Virus record (IMG/VR): IMGVR_UViG_3300032327_000953 | Location: 128,001 to 192,000 of that record | From: a virus | Taxonomy: Duplodnaviria; Caudoviricetes | Reading direction: 5' to 3' (one strand) | Length of the DNA: 64,000 nucleotides | In this document: piece after piece, positions 1 through 8,945 of the stretch | How positions within the stretch are numbered: the stretch's first letter is position 1 | Layout: each line of letters opens with the position of its first letter | The notes under the pieces: model-generated | Seen by the model: the letters and a program-made list of their open reading frames with translations, nothing else | Database searches by the model: none | Told to the model about the DNA's origin: nothing | Program-made: the position numbers and the translations under genes

Positions 1-62
1 TATAACGGCTAGTACGCCACCCTTTCACGGTGGAGATCGGAGTTCGATTCTCCGTGGGGTCA
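1..62 (+). tRNA. tRNA-Glu(TTC), 5' end truncated by the window edge
   Basis: Anticodon arm CCACC-CTTTCAC-GGTGG, T-arm CGGAG-TTCGATT-CTCCG, 3' acceptor strand TGGGGTC-A. Confidence 0.9.
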
Positions 63-133
63 TTTGTTTCTGCTAATCCTACGGATTTGGAAGCTGTGGA
101 AGTAGTCAGCACGATTTTCTAAACCTTTACCAC

Positions 134-162
134 TTGACAAGTCGATAATAGTATGGTAGACT
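134..162 (+). promoter_or_regulatory. sigma70-type promoter with GTCGATA in the spacer
   Basis: TTGACA(134-139)-17 bp-TAGACT(157-162). Confidence 0.65.
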
Positions 163-187
163 CTTGGAACAAGAAAGGAAACTTAAC

Positions 188-361
188 ATGAAGAACCTTC
201 GGATTTACGATATTGTCACCGAGGATGGTAGAACTCTGGCCGATATTCAACTATCCATGCAAGAGGATTTTGATTGGGCTGACGTATTCGACAAACTGTA
301 TGATTTTACTACAGAAAATGTTGAAAGTTATTCCTATCAGGAAATCTCTGTAACTGAATAA
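188..361 (+). CDS. small acidic hypothetical protein
   Basis: ORF in track (164..361); ATG at 188 follows an AAAGGAA Shine-Dalgarno. Confidence 0.6.
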   Translation: MKNLRIYDIVTEDGRTLADIQLSMQEDFDWADVFDKLYDFTTENVESYSYQEISVTE

Positions 362-367
362 TAAGGC

Positions 368-440
368 GGGCCTTTAGCTCAATTGGCAGAGCAAGGAGCT
401 TTTAACTCTTAGGTTCGGGGTTCGAGTCCCCGAGGGCCCA
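368..440 (+). tRNA. tRNA-Lys(TTT)
   Basis: Acceptor GGGCCTT/AGGGCCC, anticodon loop CT-TTT-AA, T-loop TTCGAGT. Confidence 0.95.
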
Positions 441-441
441 C

Positions 442-469
442 TTGACAGAGACAATTGTTGGTGTAGAAT
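442..469 (+). promoter_or_regulatory. sigma70-type promoter
   Basis: TTGACA(442-447)-16 bp-TAGAAT(464-469). Confidence 0.6.
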
Positions 470-493
470 GTAGGAAAGAAAGGGAGTAAAAAT

Positions 494-667
494 ATGAGAT
501 ATGAAGATCATTATGACGGATACGATTATGACTATGATGAATTGGTAGAAAATACCGAGGATCTTGGTCTGGATGAAGAACCTTGGATGCAAGATGCCGA
601 GGAAGATGATGAAGTTCCGTCTTATGGTAAGAATTATTATCCAAGTATTCAAGACGACGAAGATTGA
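494..667 (+). CDS. 57-aa highly acidic protein (not in ORF track)
   Basis: Hand translation MRYEDHYDGYDYDYDELVENTEDLGLDEEPWMQDAEEDDEVPSYGKNYYPSIQDDED; AGGGAG RBS upstream; 23/57 residues D/E. Confidence 0.7.
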   Translation: MRYEDHYDGYDYDYDELVENTEDLGLDEEPWMQDAEEDDEVPSYGKNYYPSIQDDED

Positions 668-673
668 TTTTTT

Positions 674-755
674 GTGTGTGCTTCTAGGTGGGACTAGACC
701 CTAATATATTATCCTTTCTTGTAACGGGTTGTTGGTTCAAATCCAACCACACACT
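674..755 (+). pseudogene. tRNA-like element with expanded or disrupted anticodon arm (possible Thr(TGT) remnant)
   Basis: Acceptor GTGTGTG/CACACAC, D-like stem TCTAG/CTAGA, T-arm GTTGG-TTCAAAT-CCAAC; 32 nt between D- and T-arms including CTTGTAA. Confidence 0.55.
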
Positions 756-757
756 TT

Positions 758-1261
758 ATGACTGCTTTTCAGGAAGAACTGGATGATTTTCGGCGTACCC
801 CAGACGGTAAAATCATTCAAGGGGCTGCTCATACTAGCAAAATATTAAATCACAAGTATAGAAATAGTGTGATTATCAAGGCTATCTGTTCTCTGCGTAA
901 GATTGAACAAGATTTTGATAGCATTGCTTGTTGTGGCGTAAGTGGTTTGATGGTTGTGCCACAAATTGCAGAGATTTTAAATAAGAATATTATAGTTGTT
1001 CGTAAAGGTGAGCGACGATATAGCGAATTCTTTATCGAAGGTGTTGCTCCGTCTAGTTATGTTATTGTGGATGATTTGATTTGTTCGGGTGGTACGGTTA
1101 AGCGTATTATGAATAATATTTATGATGATGTTCCGCGAGCAAAATGTATCGGTGCATATTTCTACATGGGTGAGGAGTGTGCCTACAACGCTTCCAATTC
1201 TAAACTTTTTGAGAAGCAGTTTGGGACGATCATCCTAAACCCTTACCAGCCAAAGACTTAG
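758..1261 (+). CDS. type I phosphoribosyltransferase-family protein
   Basis: PRPP-binding motif YVIVDDLICSGGT and IIVVRK loop. Confidence 0.8.
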   Translation: MTAFQEELDDFRRTPDGKIIQGAAHTSKILNHKYRNSVIIKAICSLRKIEQDFDSIACCGVSGLMVVPQIAEILNKNIIVVRKGERRYSEFFIEGVAPSSYVIVDDLICSGGTVKRIMNNIYDDVPRAKCIGAYFYMGEECAYNASNSKLFEKQFGTIILNPYQPKT

Positions 1262-1315
1262 GACAAGGTGGGGCGGCCCCGGTCGCCTTAAGTCCTTATC
1301 TGTCAACAACTTACG
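1234..1315. repeat. two copies of an imperfect 11-7-11 palindrome
   Basis: CCTAAACCCTT-ACCAGCC-AAAGACTTAGG (1234-1262) and CTTAAGTCCTT-ATCTGTC-AACAACTTACG (1287-1315). Confidence 0.75.
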
Positions 1316-1343
1316 ACCTGCGGAATTTTTCCAAAGTTTTCGC

Positions 1344-1372
1344 TTGACACTGCCGATAATATAGTGTAGAAT
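1344..1372 (+). promoter_or_regulatory. sigma70-type promoter with GCCGATA in the spacer
   Basis: TTGACA(1344-1349)-17 bp-TAGAAT(1367-1372). Confidence 0.8.
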
Positions 1373-1415
1373 CAGTGCATAAGAACGATTGAACAGCAAC
1401 ACGAAAGGGATGATT

Positions 1416-2366
1416 ATGGCTCATGCAGTTGAACAGATGATGTTTGTTGGTGCGACCCCGTGGCACGGTCTGGGCAATAAGCTCGACGAGGCTCCCACGG
1501 TTTCGGAGTCGATGACCGCTGCCGGTCTGGATTGGGAAGTCGGTCTGAAGGATTTGTTTACGGTGGACGGCCAGCCAGTTCCGGCCCGTGCTACCTATCG
1601 TAAGACTGACGACAGTATTCTGGGCGTTGTCGGCCCGCGATACACTCCGCTGCAAAACAGCGAAGCGTTTGATTGGTTCCAGCCGTTTCTGGACGCTGGC
1701 GAGTGCAATCTGCACACTGCCGGTTCGCTGCACAGCGGTCAGAAAGTTTGGGTTCTCGCCCAACTGAACCGCGATAACAGCGAGATCGTCAAGGGTGACG
1801 AAGTTTGCAAGTTTATCCTGCTGTCCAACAGCCATGATGGTACGACCGCGATCCGTGTCGGATATACTCCGATCCGTGTTGTGTGTGCGAACACGATGGC
1901 AATGGCCCACAGCAAGGGTAGTGGTTCCAAGTTGATCCGTATTCGTCACACACGTTCCAGCAAGAGCAATCTGGAAAACGTGCGAGATATTATGGATAAT
2001 ATCAATGCAGAGTTTGAGGCGACTGCGGAGCAGTTCCGATTTCTCGCGTCGAAGAACTTCAACCAGAATGACGTGCGTCGATACGTCAAGGTGATGCTCG
2101 ACATCGAAGGGACTGAGGATAAGGATATCAAGACCCGTACCCGCAACATCATGGATGAGATTCTCACCTTGGTGGAAGGCCCGAAGCAGAGTGCAACGGG
2201 TGTGCGTGGAACGTGGTGGGCCGCTTACAACGGCTTCAACGAGTACCTGAATTACAGCAAGGGTCGCACGACTGACAATCGTCTCGATTCTCTGTGGTTC
2301 GGCCAGAACGCCAACGATAACACGAAGGCTCTGGAAACCGCAATGAACTTTGCGAACGCCGTCTGA
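1416..2366 (+). CDS. DUF932 / TIGR03299-like phage-plasmid protein
   Basis: MAH...PWHGLG, AGLDWEV, LGVVGPRYTPLQN, TAGSL..G.KVW, LLSNSHDG...IRV..TPIRVVCANT, GTWWAAYN motifs; ATG 1416 after AAAGGGA. Confidence 0.85.
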   Translation: MAHAVEQMMFVGATPWHGLGNKLDEAPTVSESMTAAGLDWEVGLKDLFTVDGQPVPARATYRKTDDSILGVVGPRYTPLQNSEAFDWFQPFLDAGECNLHTAGSLHSGQKVWVLAQLNRDNSEIVKGDEVCKFILLSNSHDGTTAIRVGYTPIRVVCANTMAMAHSKGSGSKLIRIRHTRSSKSNLENVRDIMDNINAEFEATAEQFRFLASKNFNQNDVRRYVKVMLDIEGTEDKDIKTRTRNIMDEILTLVEGPKQSATGVRGTWWAAYNGFNEYLNYSKGRTTDNRLDSLWFGQNANDNTKALETAMNFANAV

Positions 2367-2390
2367 CCGGAGGGCTAAAACCCCACTCGT

Positions 2391-2733
2391 CGTAAGTCCT
2401 TTGCCCAAGGGGACTTATGGCGAGGCCGGCCGCGAGATTTCGTCCTAAGTTTAGTGCTGCCAAGGGTTTACGTCAATTTTGTCAAAGAATCTCATAAGTT
2501 CCCTATTCCCAAGGGGTTGCAATGACGATATAATGAATAGGACGCAAGTGCTTATCTGGCAAAGGGTTAGGATAAAATAGTAATAAGATTGTAATAATGA
2601 ATTGGATATTTTTCCATTTCTTATTTGTCTCGCCTAATCCAGCGGAATTACGGTCTTGGCGATAGTCAGCCGAAATACTGGTTATAATAACATAGCTCTC
2701 TGATCCTAAGTTCTTATGAGACAAGTAGTTGCG
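2391..2733. repeat. five further copies of the 11-7-11 palindrome
   Basis: Copies at 2391-2419, 2444-2472, 2493-2521, 2543-2571 and 2705-2733. Confidence 0.75.
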
Positions 2734-3150
2734 TCAAGAGCTAGGATGTGGTATACTTGACAGAGTAACAAGGATAGTAATAAGCTATGTAAAAAGTTTA
2801 TTATTATCATGAGAATGGAAATGTTAGGCTATTTGTTTAGTCTAAAGTAGTAGTCAGTGTAATCCTGGAGCCCTTTGTGATGCAGAAGGAAAGAATTATT
2901 GTGACTGATAAAAATAGACCAGATATTACCAGTGTCTATTGCCATCGGTTATTGGATGATATGGACTTTGATACATTGTACAATTTTGCTTATCAAATGC
3001 TGGTGGATAATAAGAGTGGATTGACTAATAAGATGTTGGAAGATCAAATTGTAGACTATTACCCTGACTTACTGGAGAATTAAATGTTAATTATTGTTAT
3101 AGCAGTCATTATGATTCTTTTGTTGGATTCTAAACGGTAAAGGAGACTTT

Positions 3151-3345
3151 ATGAACATTGATAAGATCATACGGAAATTTAAAAAGCTGGGTTTTGAGAT
3201 AGAGTATGGTGATGGTAGTATTGCTAAACTATATCCTCCTGACAAAACTAAGCCCTTCTATTCTTTGCATATTGGCGAGAAAGCTATTCATCCTCTTAGA
3301 CGTTTTGCTAAGAGTAATTGGGATATTGATATTAGAAATTTTTGA
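3151..3345 (+). CDS. small basic protein, possibly HicA-like dsRBD fold
   Basis: KLGFEIEYGDGS...LYPP...SLH pattern resembles HicA, but the canonical GSH His is absent; GGAG RBS. Confidence 0.35.
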   Translation: MNIDKIIRKFKKLGFEIEYGDGSIAKLYPPDKTKPFYSLHIGEKAIHPLRRFAKSNWDIDIRNF

Positions 3346-4239
3346 AAGGTATAAATATGCAAATAGAAATTACTAAGCAAGAAGCATGGAAACTAATAGA
3401 TGCTATTAATGCCTATATGAAAGATTATACTGTTACAGGAGCTGTTCATAAAACTTTTGACAATATTTCCAAAAAGCTAAAAGAAGTAGTAAAGGAATAA
3501 TATGTCTCTTAGAGATTTTAGAAATGTGGAATATTATCGTCTTAAAGATGATCATACTTGGGATATACAGAAAATGTTAGTTCCTGTAGAAGTTCCATAT
3601 GATCATTGTCTAGAATATATTTGGACAGAGTTAGTTGGTCTTGATCTTAGACATAATCTACAAACTATCGCCATATATAATTTTTCCAATGAAATTGTTT
3701 CTTTTTCTGACAATGTTGAAGCAGAGGAGGTGTGTACCTAATACTAGTCTGTGGATTTCCATGGTCAAGGTGGATTTATTGAGATACTAGGGTAGTAGTA
3801 AGTATTAGTATTCTTAGTAAGATATAACATCCCCCGACCTGCATAATAATTATTCTATTCCCCCACTCTTGTCAAAGGACGAATTTTTTATGAGTTGTAT
3901 GCTATTTCTTGCTTTTAGCATGTGTTTGTTTGCGGGAATGACAGATTGCCTAGTAAAACAGGGTCAGTAACTTTGTGACTTGCCACGGCTTGGGCCATGG
4001 ATACTATACGAACAGAGGTGTGTGTTGGTTGGCGAAAGTTTAATTTCTGGAATACTCTTGGTGTTTGTGATAGGAATATTTTCTTTAATCATGGATAGTA
4101 TTTATTCTAAGTCAGAATATTACTCTCCTAAATTAAAACATAAAGAATCTACTAAATACCAACCAGAGCCAACCTATAGGAATGATAGTTTATTCAAGGA
4201 TGATGAGTACGAATATTAAACCTTAACTAAGGAGATTTT

Positions 4240-4452
4240 ATGAAGTATGTGCTAATGATTGTTCTTTCACTAGTTTCGGCAACATCATTTGCTGGAGAGT
4301 GTGCTACTGGTAATTGCTCTTTGCGTAGTCGAGTAGTTAATGTTACACGCGAAGTTATTAGCGTACCAGTAGAAGTAACACGTCGAACTGTTGAGGCTAC
4401 TCGTAATGTTGGTCGCAGAACTGTGGCCCGCGTTCGTAGTGTTGTTCGATAA
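4240..4452 (+). CDS. small secreted Arg/Val-rich protein
   Basis: Signal peptide MKYVLMIVLSLVSATSFA, CxxxxC motif, AAGGAG RBS. Confidence 0.65.
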   Translation: MKYVLMIVLSLVSATSFAGECATGNCSLRSRVVNVTREVISVPVEVTRRTVEATRNVGRRTVARVRSVVR

Positions 4453-4603
4453 CAATATAATCATGGTTGATAATCAAAAGGGTCAGGAAGAACTTGTTTG
4501 ATTATAGATCATAAAGAAAAGATAAATCCCCCGATGCCTCTTAACAATGCACACTTTCGGGGGTCTTTTCTTGAATATACATTTTTTACTCAAGGAGGAA
4601 CTT

Positions 4604-4948
4604 ATGAAGATTTTTATAATGTCAATTGCACTAGTTTTTGTCATTACTTTTACCGCAGAGGCGGCTCGACCAAAATATTATAGTCAGTCAAATACTATGG
4701 TAGGAACTTATACTAGTAGTCATGGTTCAAGCAGTGATCAGGATCGTTGTCAAGCAGAGGCTAATCATATGGCAGCTAATAACATTACTGGTCATGTGTG
4801 GAGTGTTATTGGAAATTTTGAAGGAGTAGGTTATGGTTCGTCTCCCAATTGTAATACTTGTACTCCAAGTGGTAATATGAGACTAACAGGAGATGCTTCA
4901 GCAAAAGGTGGTAATGGTAAATGGTATAGAGTAAGGTCTTGGAGATAA
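4604..4948 (+). CDS. secreted Cys-containing protein, possibly a minimal CAP/SCP-like domain
   Basis: Signal peptide, GH...FEGVG...C..C...WYRV pattern; AAGGAGG RBS before ATG 4604. Confidence 0.55.
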   Translation: MKIFIMSIALVFVITFTAEAARPKYYSQSNTMVGTYTSSHGSSSDQDRCQAEANHMAANNITGHVWSVIGNFEGVGYGSSPNCNTCTPSGNMRLTGDASAKGGNGKWYRVRSWR

Positions 4949-4957
4949 TATCTTCAG

Positions 4958-5030
4958 GCAAGAGTAGCTCAATTGGCAGAGCGTCAGGTTTCCAACCTGA
5001 ATGTTGAGGGTTCGATTCCCTTCTCTTGCT
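4958..5030 (+). tRNA. tRNA-Gly(TCC)
   Basis: Acceptor GCAAGAG/CTCTTGC, anticodon arm TCAGG-TTTCCAA-CCTGA, T-loop TTCGATT. Confidence 0.95.
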
Positions 5031-5941
5031 TTTAATGTAATACCTAATGCTTTAGGTTTGGTTATTGATGTTATAGTCAGCACGATTTAAGATGATAGTG
5101 TAAAAATTTCGCTGGACCCTGGAATCCCCTATGGTATAATACAAGAGTCAACGGAGCCAATTATCAAGCATGGGTTAACTATGCGGGATAAATGGAATCA
5201 TGGGCAAAAGTGTTTTTAACTTTTAAACCATGAGGTGATTTATGAAAAGTAGATTAATAAGTTCGGACAATCGTATCGAGATTCAGAGAAAGTATATTGA
5301 TCAGATTCTGGGTGAATTAGATTTCATGCAGATCAAAGATAGATTAAGGGATTATCTAACTAAAGAAAAAGATAGATCATCCAACTACTCTTTAGAGTCT
5401 GAGATTAGGAAAGAAGCTCCTGAAATTTTAGTTGATAATTGGGAAGATTTCGATCAACCCGCAACATTAACTAGAAATAGGAAGAAAGACTTCCATTCAG
5501 ATGATCCTTCAGAAGAACAGGAGGAGTATCACCATGCCTAAAACTTTCCATAGAATTATTTCTTTTGAAGTAGAGGGTGAAATTTATGACAACTATACTA
5601 CTCCAGAAGAAGTTCTAAAAAGCTATGAGTGGAAATTTAAAGGATTTCACGACAATCATGAGGATAAATGTTTCTTAGAATCATCTCATGAAAATAGTCG
5701 TGGACGCATTACTAAAATAGTGCGAAAGAATAAAATCGGTAAGACCGATAAAGCGGATACAGAAACTTTTACAATTAAACAATGAGGTGCTTTATGAATT
5801 ATCAATTGCTATATTGGAGCGTTGGTGGATTAGTAACATTGTTAGCATTAGTATCACTATATTATTACTCATGCCATTGTTCTCCTCCAGCGATTAAATA
5901 ATAAGTTCTACTTGAGGCCAAACGCCCCAGGTATACTATAG

Positions 5942-5981
5942 ATAGGGGATCAGTCAGAAATGATTGGTCTCCTATTTTTTT
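5942..5981 (+). terminator. intrinsic terminator
   Basis: 15-bp stem ATAGGGGATCAGTCA/TGATTGGTCTCCTAT with GAAA loop followed by a T-run. Confidence 0.85.
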
Positions 5982-7283
5982 ATTAACTTTTGGGTAGCTT
6001 AAGCTTGGCTCACCTAAAGATATCGGGTCGATTTTTATGATAACAGTCAGTTGAAATTACTATGTTAGCTTTCAAAATATCAGAACAAATGAGTTGTGAC
6101 TCTATATGTATGCAAATTCAAAACTATATCAATAGCTATCAAAAAACTAATGGGGCCGGCTCTGCTACTGGTAAGATAATGAGAATATCTATTCAAGATG
6201 TGACAGATAGTGAAACGAAGAATGAAGTTCTTGGTATTGAGTTCAAAAATTAGTTGGTTGACAATAGCAAAAATATTTGTATTATAAGCTATATGTATTA
6301 GCTAAACTACCGGTTTCGGTTTTTATGGTAACAGTCAGTCAAAATTATACAGAAAGAATTATTATGGCTAAGAAAACATCCAGCAAGAATAGTAAAAAAT
6401 TTCCCAAGACTAAGACTCCTAAACTTAATAAGGTAGTAACTTCCAGTAAGGATGATTGTGATGGAGGAAGTTGTCCAATAGATAAAAAAAAAAAGAAGAC
6501 TATTGCCGCACAATCGGCACCAGTTGTTCCTCAAGTATCTTTGTGTTCAAGAGTCATGGCGGCTCTTTTCTTTTGGAAATAATATAGTGGCCTATGGATA
6601 ATTTAATACAAGATTTAGCCGGATTTATGATAGGATTAATAGTAGTAGAATCAGTAGTATATGTTGGCGCCTTGTATTTTATCTCTTACTTATCTAGGAA
6701 AGATAAAGATGATAGCTCAAATAATTTCCATAGTTAGAAAACCCATCTGTCCAACATTCATACATGACGATCCCACTCGCATATTCATAATACTCATAGC
6801 ACTACTACTACTCTCAGCCATAATGGCCAAAATTCTAAGGTATTTTAATGATACATAATGAACCACTCATTTTATATGGGCCACAGATAATTCTTTCCTG
6901 CATCATTCTCTGGTCAGCATTAGTGTTATATTTAGAAGAATACTTACATGAGGACGATAATTATGAGTAAATCAAAATTTGAAGAATTTCACGTTCCTTT
7001 CATTAAAAGTCTAGCTTTTGTGGGGCTAGTTACTATAGTTTCTATGATTTCTGTACGATATTACCTACTAAAATCATTTTCTCCACCATCAAATCCCACC
7101 ATTTATACCTCTACCAATTCGCCAATCAAGCCCAATTAAGGGTATTTTTAGCTAATATGAGCTATTTATCGGCTAATTGAAACTTAATTCACTTATTATC
7201 TTACGCCGTGGTGAAAATTAGAGTGTTACAGACTGAAATTATACCATAACTGGCTAAAGTTGTCAATCCCATTTTGTCGATAC

Positions 7284-7312
7284 TTGACAATGCCTTTACC
7301 TTGTGGTATGCT
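7284..7312 (+). promoter_or_regulatory. sigma70-type promoter, GTCGATA just upstream of -35
   Basis: TTGACA(7284-7289)-17 bp-TATGCT(7307-7312). Confidence 0.7.
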
Positions 7313-7550
7313 ACTGTTACTGATAGGGGTAAAAAGTTTAATTTTAGGCTGAAAAAGTGAGATTTGTTATGTATAAACAGATTCAATTAACCAATAGTGA
7401 ACTAGAACTTTTAGCTTCTATAATCCACCATTATATTCATGAAAAGCAGAATAAACCGGGCTTTGAAATCAACAATGCTCACATTATGCTAAGGCATATT
7501 ATTGGGATAAATGCCCAAAAAGACAATAATCAAATAGTGTTTAGTGGGAA

Positions 7551-7790
7551 ATGAACCCGGAATCAAAACAAATGAAAATTAATGAGTATATGTCTCTTGT
7601 TGCTGACTATATTGAGAATGAATATGGGCCAGATGAAGATTGTAAAGATTTAACTTTGGACGAAAAGTATGCGGTCAAAGAAATTCTAATGTCCCATTTT
7701 GAGTTGGATAATAGTATCAATAATGCAGCTAGTGATGTTATTAGCTACATTCGTGATAATAGGAAATGGATGAGGGAGAATATTAAATGA
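7551..7790 (+). CDS. hypothetical protein (paralog of 8673..8945)
   Basis: Shared ADYI..EYG and NSINN.A..V..Y motifs. Confidence 0.65.
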   Translation: MNPESKQMKINEYMSLVADYIENEYGPDEDCKDLTLDEKYAVKEILMSHFELDNSINNAASDVISYIRDNRKWMRENIK

Positions 7791-8425
7791 TTGATAATGA
7801 AACTCTACAAAATGTTGTTATTAAAGAATACGAAAAGTCTCAAAAGAATATTCAGCCAGTATGGGTGGGCGAAGGATGGTACAAGGGTACTCCTAATTCT
7901 TTTAACTATTTCTCTTCTGGATTTGAGGCGGGCATGGAGTTTTATAAGCAACAAAATAAGGCCGATAAATGAACAATAATCCAATCAATGTACAATTACG
8001 TCAGAATAATATACTAACCACACCGGGTTATTATTTAATGAAACGAACAATTGTTAATGGAAACCCATATCTGGCTCATGTAAGACCTCTTTTGTCAAAT
8101 AGTAAAGAATTACATTTGTTTTTCGGTATGAGCGGTTTTCCATTAAAAGATTTGGAAAAAGATGCTTGGTGGAGTGACCAAGTTTCTATAGATTTTACAG
8201 GAGATAAATAATGAGTAGCGTTGTAATCAAAGATAGTTATAAGGCTGATGTTTTTAATTTCGATATGGAATGTTGGAAGCAGGAAGATCCAAAGGGGGAG
8301 TTATTTAATTTGACCATAAACAATGTTATTAGTTGGGAATGGATGAAATTTAAGTTTACAAAAGAAGAGCTAAAGGGGCTTGCTAATTTTATCAATAGTT
8401 TTGTTGATGAATCACAGGATTCTTG

Positions 8426-8454
8426 TTGACAATTGCCGATAACGATGGTATGCT
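8426..8454 (+). promoter_or_regulatory. sigma70-type promoter with GCCGATA in the spacer
   Basis: TTGACA(8426-8431)-17 bp-TATGCT(8449-8454). Confidence 0.75.
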
Positions 8455-8672
8455 TACGATCAAGGAGATATATATGAAAAATGATCCGTTGGGTGAGGCT
8501 TGTCGTCATCTTGCTAATTCTCAGACTATTATTGAGAGAAAAAATGCAGAAATTGAGAGATTAAGATTAACAGACGAGGAACGCGATACTATATATTGGT
8601 CTGCTGAACTTGCTTGTGCTGATGACAATGATGAATACGCATTGAGAAAAGCATGGGTGCTTCAATCATTGC

Positions 8673-8945
8673 TTGAAAGAACAAAGAATTAAAATGAAAT
8701 CAAATAATCTTTCTTTTAATCAGTTTATGTTGGCTATTGCTGATTATATTGATGATGAATATGGGGGAAATCGGTCATATTCATTGAGGAATTTAACTCA
8801 TGATGAAAGATATACTATAAATCATATGTTGCATATTCATTATGAGAACTATAATAGTATAAATAATACGGCTAATAATGTAATGAAATATTTATCTGAC
8901 AATAAAGCTTGGACAAGTAAGAATGATATCATGGAGAATAATTAA
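8673..8945 (+). CDS. hypothetical protein (paralog of 7551..7790)
   Basis: Shared motifs as above; real start probably ATG 8694. Confidence 0.65.
   Translation: MKEQRIKMKSNNLSFNQFMLAIADYIDDEYGGNRSYSLRNLTHDERYTINHMLHIHYENYNSINNTANNVMKYLSDNKAWTSKNDIMENN

Noticed and set aside
1311-2408. 365-aa minus-strand ORF
   Set aside because: Antisense shadow of the GC-rich DUF932 gene, with no recognisable motifs or RBS.
1234-2733. Possible CRISPR array
   Set aside because: The repeats are degenerate, split by a gene, spaced by only about 20-24 nt, and no cas genes are visible.
4528-4563. boxA-like TGCCTCTTAACA within a hairpin loop
   Set aside because: Three mismatches to the rrn boxA consensus; the CCCCCGA/TCGGGGG hairpin plus T-rich tail is explained well enough as a terminator.
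6484-6494. A11 homopolymer as a phase-variation site
   Set aside because: It encodes an in-frame Lys run in a Lys-rich protein in an AT-rich genome; there is no evidence of slippage without reads.
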